Below the pieces are notes generated by a model, which had not been told where the DNA came from, made no database searches, and saw only the letters and a program-made list of their open reading frames with translations. Of a stretch of 64,000 nucleotides of DNA, positions 14,101 to 23,100 are shown piece by piece (positions within the stretch are counted from its first letter, which is position 1; every line of letters starts with the position of its first letter). Origin of the DNA: Candidatus Omnitrophota bacterium (GTDB taxonomy: Bacteria; Omnitrophota; Omnitrophia; Omnitrophales; Aquincolibacteriaceae); NCBI GenBank assembly GCA_043821445.1, contig JBDRCT010000017.1, positions 5,679 through 69,678 on the forward strand. Reading direction: 5' to 3'. The position numbers and the translations under genes were made by a program.

Positions 14101-17100
14101 GCCATATTTTTGACTAACTTTGTCAAAAAGATAAAATCGACTTTCAACCGTTCGGAGAACATACTGTTAAAACGGTCGGAAAATTGGTTCTGAACGAGCT
14201 CAGGAACATTGGCGGATCTTGCGTTGATATCTTCCACCTTCATCCCTTTTAAAATGGACGTCGCGTAAAAAACGTAGACCCCCAGGATCCGGAGGTCTGT
14301 GTTTCTGTCCAGAAGCGAGTTCGCCTCTTCCTGATTCATTGCCGTCAACGTCCTATTCGAAAGCAACCCTTCGATCAATTGTGCGTAATTCAGCCCCAAC
14401 TTTTCGTTTCGAGGTAATTGCGCCATGAATTTCTTGAAATCCGGATCATTCAGCTTTTCCTTAAGCGAAGGCTTCCCGTCGGTCCCGGACCGGGACAATG
14501 TTTTCAGGATCTCGAACATCGCGAGCCTTTCATTGGGGGTCAACCGCATCGCATCAAAAAGCCGGACGAAGACATCTTCCACCAGGACTGGCTCGCTCAA
14601 TCCCCCGACAACTTTGCCGTCACGGCCACGCTCGATAACCGCGGTGTCGGCACCAAACATATTTCTCCACAGTTCGCTCACGGAAGGTACGTATGGCTCG
14701 TTGGTGTTTTTATCACGATAATCCGTTCGCGGCTCAATAACCGGCGGTTTTTTCTCCTCGCCAAGTTTTTTCTGAAGGACCTTGAGATCCACTACCGCTT
14801 CGGCCGGCTCCGGAGGAACAGGAAGTTGCGCAACCTCGGCCGCTTCCCTGTCGATCCGCGCTTCCGCCTGCTGAAGTTGTTCCAGGGCTACCTGTTGGCG
14901 CGTCTGGTACGGCAACGGCGCTCTGGCCGTGTGCTGGACCCTCTGTGCTTCCTCGTGAAGGCCCATCAGCTCCGTGGTATGGGAAAGATTGATCAAAGAT
15001 TTTTGAAATTCAAAATTGATGCCCGTAAGACGCAGGGAATCGTTCTCGCGGTAGTCAAAAGCGGCCAGAACATCGTTCACGGTCTTGACTGTGCGGCCAG
15101 GCTCCCCGATCGCACGGTAACCGGCCGTGGCGTCATTCGCAAAGCTTAATGACCCCGCGAATTCATCCGCGATCTGGACCAGCCGGACGCGATTCAGGAC
15201 AAAAGCGGCGTATTCTTCGAGAGCCTGCATTTGGACCGCTCTCCTGAGAGGGTCTTGCTGCGCCACCGCCAGTTCTTTCTTTGCTTTTTCAATGTTCACG
15301 AGTTCCGTTTTCGCACGGTCGATCAAGTGGCGCGTATATTCGGCGCCGACCGAGGGATGGTAACCGGCGAAGATCCCGACTTGGGAAGTCCAGCTGCGGT
15401 TCTTCTCCGCTTGCTTGACTTCGGCCGTGGCTACATCGTTGTTCCTCAAGATCGATTGGAACCTGGGGTCTTCCGCGGCACTCTTCAACATCTTCGCGAC
15501 AACTTCTTCCCCGATAGGTTCCCCGTTGTAGACCCGTTGGAGAAGGTTCGTCGGCGGCACTTGGATATCGATTTCGGCGGGGATCCCGGCGATGAATTTC
15601 AACATGTTCACGTAAATCTCAAAGTCCCGCTCGGCCGTCTTGGCCATGGTCACCGTACGTATGACCGCATCACTGAGTGCTTGTTGGTCTTCGAGAGCGG
15701 TGCCGGTTTGCGCGGCAGCTGCCATTTCCTTCCGGGCCTGCATTTCCTGTTCGCGGATGTCCCAGATGGCCTTGGACCTTAACACGTCTTGCCAGGCCAG
15801 TTCCACTAAGCGCTGTCGGATGTCCCTGCGAAACTCTTTTTCAAGACCCAATTGTTTCGCCCGAGCCATATAAATCTCAAGCTGCGTTTTGCTGAATGCA
15901 AGTTCTCTAAAGTCAAAGGTCACCCGACCGCCCGCTTGAAAATCATCTCCTCTGCCGAATCCGAGAGGAATCCTGAAAACTTCCGTGCTGATAGCCAAAG
16001 GCCGCAAATAACGACCATATTCCTGTATATCCCGTAATTCTTGGGCAAGTTTTTCGTTGGAGTCCGCAACACGGTCGCTGTTGCTTTTGACGAAATCCCG
16101 GAGATTCTCAGGCGTCGTTAGATCAATGACACGGCCTTGGGCCCCGATCTTCAACGTTCCCTTGGTCGCACGATTGACCTGGAGCAGCCGCAAGTTCAGT
16201 TGGTGGATCAGTTCATTGTCATCCTGGTCGTCACGGTTCACCTGACGGATAGCGGTATAAAGCTCCCTGTCGCCGGCATCCGCTAAACCGGCCTGTTCCT
16301 TCTCTTCATATTCACTGATGCTCTCGTCAAGGTCCCCGATCAGGCGCCGGGTTTCCGTCTTCTGGTCCTTCGTGTTGGCGACCTGCCGGTCAAGGTTCTG
16401 GGAAACAAGCCCTTGACGTATGATAAAGTCCTGGTAATCATCGAACATGGTCCGCAGATTCGCCTCGGCCACCGCAATGTCAAGCGTTTTATCTTTCGCC
16501 AGGTGCCCGGAATAAGTCCGCAGGCTCCCGGAGCCGCCGATCCCGATATGCGCGGGGTCTTCGATGATGGCATCAAGATGCTCGCTGATCGGGACATAGT
16601 TCGTCGTCACGGGGACGGCGGAGATGAACGGGACCATGAGGTGCAATTGTTTGTAGCTCTTGTGGTCGGCCGTGTTCAGCATCGCCCACTGGATGCGGAC
16701 CCGTTGCTCGGCGACTTTGCGATCGATATCTTTGTCGAACCCGGAAAGAAGGCCCAATTCTTCTTCACTGAGCTCTCCTTCCATGAAAGACTGTTTGCTT
16801 TTGGGCGTGTAAGTGAACCTGCCCGGGTCTTTACGATCCTCAACGTCACGGCCCATGATGCGGAGCATTTTCTCTTCTGCGCGGTTATGCTCCGACTCCA
16901 GGGAAGTCTTCGCTTCTTCAAAGGAAGAAAGGCGCTGCCTTCCCCATATGATCTGCCGGTCGATATCCTTGATCTTCTCCGGGGTCACACCCTCCTTCTC
17001 CCTCGATGCTTCCAATAGTGCCAACAATGTTTGCTCGTGCATGATCGCGCCCTCAAAGACATCGATACGGTAATGGATCTGATCCAAGAACTGGCGTTGG

Positions 17101-20100
17101 ACAATGATATTCTTGACATAATCGCGCTTATGGGCCTGCTGCAACAATTCCGATTCCTTTAACGCTTGTTCGAAGAAATCCCACTGTGCGGACATGTCCC
17201 CGAAATCCCAAGTGCCAGTCAGGCCTCCGCCCACTCCGGCCTTGAAAACGCCAAGCGCCTCCACGCCGCCGTCCACAAAACGCCGGATGCGGAGGTCCCG
17301 CAGCTTCTTGTCCTTCAATTCCGGATGGCTATCTTTTAGTGCCTGGAGGTCCGCTTTGACTTTCGGAAGCGTAAAATGCAGGGCCTTCAGGTCTTTGGCC
17401 GCCTTCTCTTTTTGCTCCGGGGTGGATTGGTCGGAGTTCAGGACCTCTTCCGCTTTGCGGATACGGGCTTCAATATCACCGATCTGACCGATCCAATTGC
17501 TGAAGTTGATCTCAATACGTACGGCCTCATAGGCCTCAAGTTTGGCCTTATTCACTTTTTCGATCTCTGCCTTGATCACTTCCGGTAAGCGTGGCGCCTT
17601 ACGGAAAAGATCACCGAACTTTTGGAAAAGATCGCGTTCCTTAGGACTGGTCGCCCGTTCATATTCCGAGAAAAGCTGGGCCTCGTATTTCTGAAGATCT
17701 TTGATCTCAACACCATTAACCGTTCCTTTCAGTCTGATTCCCTCCCCAGCCAGCATCTGGATTTCACGTTCTTTGACTTCCCGGGCACGGAACTCCTCAA
17801 GGAGGAGGTTCACATTTTTCCCGCCGGCAAGGTTGTCCGCTAACTCCGTGGCATCAACCGGCCGGTCACTTTGCCGGTATTTCGCTTCAAGCTGGGCGAA
17901 GTACTCCGCGTCGAAAAGTTTTCGGCTTTCCCCTTTTTTGACCTTTTCGGCATCACGCTCGAAATCCTCTTCGAATTTCGCGAGCTTTGCGCTCACCCCG
18001 GACGTAAAACGGTTGATCTCGATTGTTAGTTGTTCCACTTGATGGGCCGTGTCTGCGGCCTGTCTTTTCGCGAGGTCATACTGCTCGACCGCAGCCTTAA
18101 ATCGCATGGACCAGCCCGACTCGTTGCGATAGCGCTGCCGTTCTTCCCTCAAAAGGTTCTCTGCCCCATCAAGCCGGGATTGGACGATCCCGTTAATCCG
18201 GACAGCCGTCTCGAGACGGCCACGCAATGCCTCCTCATCCGCCTTGATCTGCTGGGCGTCCTGATAATATTGCAACGCAGCCCCCTCACGGGAAAGCATG
18301 TGGACCATCGCGGGTGTCTTGGGATCGCGAACGGATGAAAGCGGCGACATGAAGTCGAACGCTTTGGGAGGATTGAAAAAGATACGTGTTCTAAAGAGGA
18401 TCCCCATTTTCCCGCGGGCCTCAGCCAAAGAGGTGTTAAGTACATCCAGCGCATATTTCCCTTGCGCTGCCGCAAGGTCCAGGCTCTGTCCTCGCGCGGC
18501 CGGGGCCGCGGTAGCCTCAAAAAATTTGGCCGCCTCTTTCGGATCTTCCAGTTCTCTCGGGAGGATGATCTTTTTGTCCGTGACCCCGACCAGAGCGCCG
18601 ATCGAACGCAAGATCCCTTCTAATTCAGCACGACGGTCCGCCAGGTCACGCTCCAATTGGCGGCGTAATTTACCGATCGCCATGGCGGCATCCGTGTCCT
18701 GTCCTTCCCGGGTACGTGTTTTCGCAATTTCTTCGTCGTTGCGCACATCTTCAAGCGAAAGCCGCAACTTCTCTGCAAGGATTCTCGCACGGGCATAATT
18801 ATTCCCATGCGTCCTAAGTTCGCGGACAACATCGGCCATTTCCCGGTCCATTTGCAATAGTCCTTCCCGCTCACGGTACGTGGCGATCGCCTGGCGTTCA
18901 TTTTTCGTGGGATCCGACAAATAGAAACTGACCTCGGTGCCGACACCGTATCCTTTAAAAATAAAATCGGTGCCCGCGCGGGCGACAATACTCAAGGTGA
19001 ATTTCCGGTCATTCCTCTGGAACTTCGCCATGGCGTCCAAGATCGCCTTCGAAGGACCTGCCGTGGCCATCCGCGTCGCGATCGCCATTTCCAGCAGCTT
19101 GTCAACACTGACCGGCTGCCCTTCATTAAAAAGAGGCAAAGCGATGGTCACGTTTTCCGTGACCGGAGTATGTTCCTTGGCCTCGGTAACAGCGCTAAAC
19201 CGTTGAAGAATGGCTTCTCGGACAACATTCCGCAGCATCTCGATCTCGGGAGGTGTCAATGCGTTAATGCCGCCGGTCTGGTCCATCAACTCATCAAAAC
19301 CCGCCTGCAGGTCTTCGGCCTTCAACTTTGAAACATCGCCACGGCCGTCGGCGCCCCTCAGGGAGGCCACGTACTGGTCGGCAAGGCTTTTAATGAAACC
19401 GGGCCGACCAAGCAGGGACCTGGCGATCTCGCGGCCGGCATCCGAGGTATTCGCGTTAAAAGTGATCCTGTCGGTGATCTCACTCGTCAGGTAGTTTGCA
19501 AACCTCTGCGCATACCCATTGCGACTTTCCTCAAGGCGGAGTTCTGCTTCCTCCCGTTTTGATACAAGTTCGTCGTGAATCCGTCGCGCCTCTTCGGCCG
19601 CGGCTCCCATCGGTCCGGCAACGGCAGCCGTTTCTACCGTAGCTGCTCTTGTAACGTTCGGAGCGGGCCTCGCGGTAACTGTGGCGGCTTCTTCACCGAT
19701 CGCTGCGACACCTGTCATTGCGACTAAAGATAATACCGCCGACGTATTGGGCCCGAAAATATCGTCGACCGGCTTCGTGAGAGCCCGGAGACTGCGGCCC
19801 TTTAACTGTTCGGTAAATTTTGCGGGAACGGCCGCGCCCGTCATGACAGCGGCGAGCTCGGGGTTGTTCATTACTTCGGTTTGAAATTTTTCGACGACTT
19901 TGGGGTATTTTGCTTCATTAGCCTTAAGCCAGGCACCGATGTTGTAAGGCGTCGGCGCTTTTCCTTCCTGAGCCAACGCTGCCTTGCCTTCCTCGACAGC
20001 TTGCTGTAAATCGGTGGATAATTTCTGAAGTTCCGCGGGCGCGGCCTGCCGCTCGGTCACAAGCTCTGTGCGCTGCGCTTCAGCGGTGGGGACTTCTCTT

Positions 20101-23100
20101 TGCAGTGCGGCGTCTTCCACACGCCCCGCAGCCATTTCTGTAGCTCTCGCCGCAGGAGTGATCGTCGTCGAGGCCGGGACGCCGGATCTTTCCTGAACAG
20201 GCGGTTGGGGCGTGGCCGCTGTCTTTGGCGCGAATAAGGATTGGATACCACTGAAGACTTTCTCGATCAACGGAAGCGGATTGGGGACCATCCCGGCCTG
20301 CATAACTTTTACAGGTTCGCCCGTCGCGGCCGGGGTTTGCACAGCCTCTGCCTTTGCTTGACGGATCACCGTCTCCACGGAGGCAATTGCAATGTTCATT
20401 TCCTCCAAACTCATGGCATGGTTCGGGTCCAAAACAGCATCCGTGACCTTGGAAAATAGTTGTCGCGCCAGCAACGCCGTGACTGACGATTTCGGAAGCT
20501 TACGAAGCTCTCCGTCTAAACGCGCCAGGGCAGGTGACGCTGTCATCCGGACCTTTTCCGCCTGAAGTTCCGCCAAATGCCCGGCCTCTGTCCTATAAGC
20601 TTCGGTCCCCTCGCTCATTCCGGTCATTCTTGCCTGAAGGGTCGCAATGTCATGCGAGACTTGCCGGTCAGCGATATCTGTTCCAACACGGGCCAGGGCA
20701 CTATTCAGAAACACTTCCGGAGCCACAAGCGGCACAAGCCCGCCCAACGACCACATCCCCTGCCACACATTATTGAATAGACCGAGGAGGGTCCGTTCAA
20801 TGAACATCGCCACGGTGTGAAAACCATGGAATTCTGCGATGCCTAAAGGTTTTAAGGCCTGATTTGCCACGCTATCGAGCGATCCAAAAAGATGTAACAC
20901 GGCCGGAATTTCAAATGCCAGGGTGATGAGCCCCATGGCCGTCGTGAAGCCGGAAAGATAGAATCTTCCGCTCCCTAGAGTGCGGTACCGAGCCATGCGG
21001 TTGATCTCCATGCGTGTCGCGACCGCATCATCCACAGCAGAACTGGTCAGAACCCGTCCTGTCTCCCGGGCCTTTTGAATTTCATCCTGTGTGTACCGGC
21101 CGGCCAGCTCAGCCTGAATTCCATTAATACGTTCCAATAAAAGGAGTTGCTCGTTCTGATTCAAACTAAGGACATTCGCGACGATCATGCCGCGCAGCAT
21201 CTCAAGGTGGGACAAGAGGAACATATCGAACGTTTTCTCATCCATCCCAAGCTGTTTGGCCATTTCCTGGCGTTGTTCCGGCCCGATCGCATCAAAGTAC
21301 TGTCCTATTCCTTCATAAGTCAAAGTCGAAACGGATTTGCCGCCCTCTGTCCTGCTAAAAGCGAAGAACCCGGAAGCCTCCATCGTTTTAAAGCCGTACG
21401 ACCGCATTAGTTTCAGGACAGGTTCAAGGAAATATTTTTCCTGAATATGCTCAGCACGGCTTTTCTTAGCGGCCCCGCCGTACGCCATGATCATGCCGAG
21501 GAAAACATCTTTAAGGAGCGTGCCAAGACTTAAGGGAACCGCATCACCAAAGACTTTCAGAACGACTTGCTTACTGAACAGGTTGTGCGGAATAAATGAA
21601 ATGAGGTCGGGCGCCACAAATGCGCCGATCAACAAATAGCCCGCAATTCCGAGCCCGGCCGCCATCCCGAAAACGGAACCCGCGGTCTTGACGCGGTAAC
21701 TCCGTGTGGCCTTTTTGATCTCCGCCGCCTTTTGCGCTTCATTCAATTCGGTCTTCGGGAGCGCCCCGTATTTGCCCTCGATAGCGGCTAAGGTCTCTTT
21801 GAATTTTTCTTTACGGATCTGATAGACCCCGTAAGCGCGGTAGGAAACAAAAAGGGCAAGCGCGATACCGGTCCCGATCGGCCCCGTAAGGATGAAGGCC
21901 CCGGCGATGATCCCTTTGAAGAACAACGCGCCGCGGCCAAAAACGAACCATTGGAAAAAAGCCCCCAAGGGATTGGTAATATCGGAAAGGACGTAACGGA
22001 CCGCTTTTGCGGAAGTAGCTTTGGAACCCAGAAAATCTGTGATCTTTTTTGCCAAAAAGTTCTGAAGATGCAGGACCCGGATGATACGGGCATGAAGGGC
22101 GTCGCTGCGCGCGAGGTGATTCGCTACATTCTGAAGTCTCTTTTGGACCACGATGTGCTGGTCAAAAAGAGTGCGGATCCGTTGGGCTTCTGCAGAAGGA
22201 AGACCGGCCAACACCTGATCCAATTCCTTGTTCACCTGGTCCCAATCCCCGGTCGTCGTCGCAGCCTGCCGGCTCAACTCTTTCGCTTTTTCCGCAAGGG
22301 CCGTCAATGCCGCATCCTTCTTCTCAGTGAGATAGTCCTCGATCGTTTGCCCTACCACCAAGGGAAGCCGGCGATTCAAGGCATCCGTCAGAGCCTTCAC
22401 ATCGACGATCGCTTCCCCGGTTTCCGGATCGATCTCGACTTTTCCATCCTTGCCGATCTTTACAAAATAGGTCCGCTGTCCCGTTCCGTGGATGCGGTAC
22501 ATGATGGGATAAATAAGTTTTTGAATGAACGAAGACATGAGTTGGATCGATAGATAGAGCGGCGCACCCAGAACAAACAAAACCCCCAGCAATCCTTTTG
22601 CGACAGAGCCGCTCTTAAAGAGAGTTTTGACGTTCTCAATAAAGACAAACGTCACGTTGGCCATTTCCTTGGTCATCATCAGACCGATGACCGCTCCAAG
22701 GGCCAACACAGGCCACGCAAGGGAAATAAGCGCTGCCACTCCGACGCCTGTCAACAGACCGACTGCAAGGCCTGTCGCATAGAAAATCCCTTTGTGTGAT
22801 TTCACGCGAAGGTCAAGAGTCTTCTGTTCTTTCATATGCTGGCGCTGTTCAAAATCTTTTTCGACCTGCAGGTCGCGGATCGCTCTTTCAACTTCTTCCA
22901 ACTGCGCCAGGCTTAGGTCTTCTAAACGGACCGGCGTTTTTCCATCCACACGCAAACTCGGGATCTTCGCCAGCAGTTCCTCTTCTTTCATACTGTGTCC
23001 GGTCCTACCCAACGTCCGAGCCCGAATTTGATGGATAAAGAGGTCTTTGTCTTTTTTAGCGAAGCGCGTAAATGCAGATATCCCGGATAGCCCCTCGGCT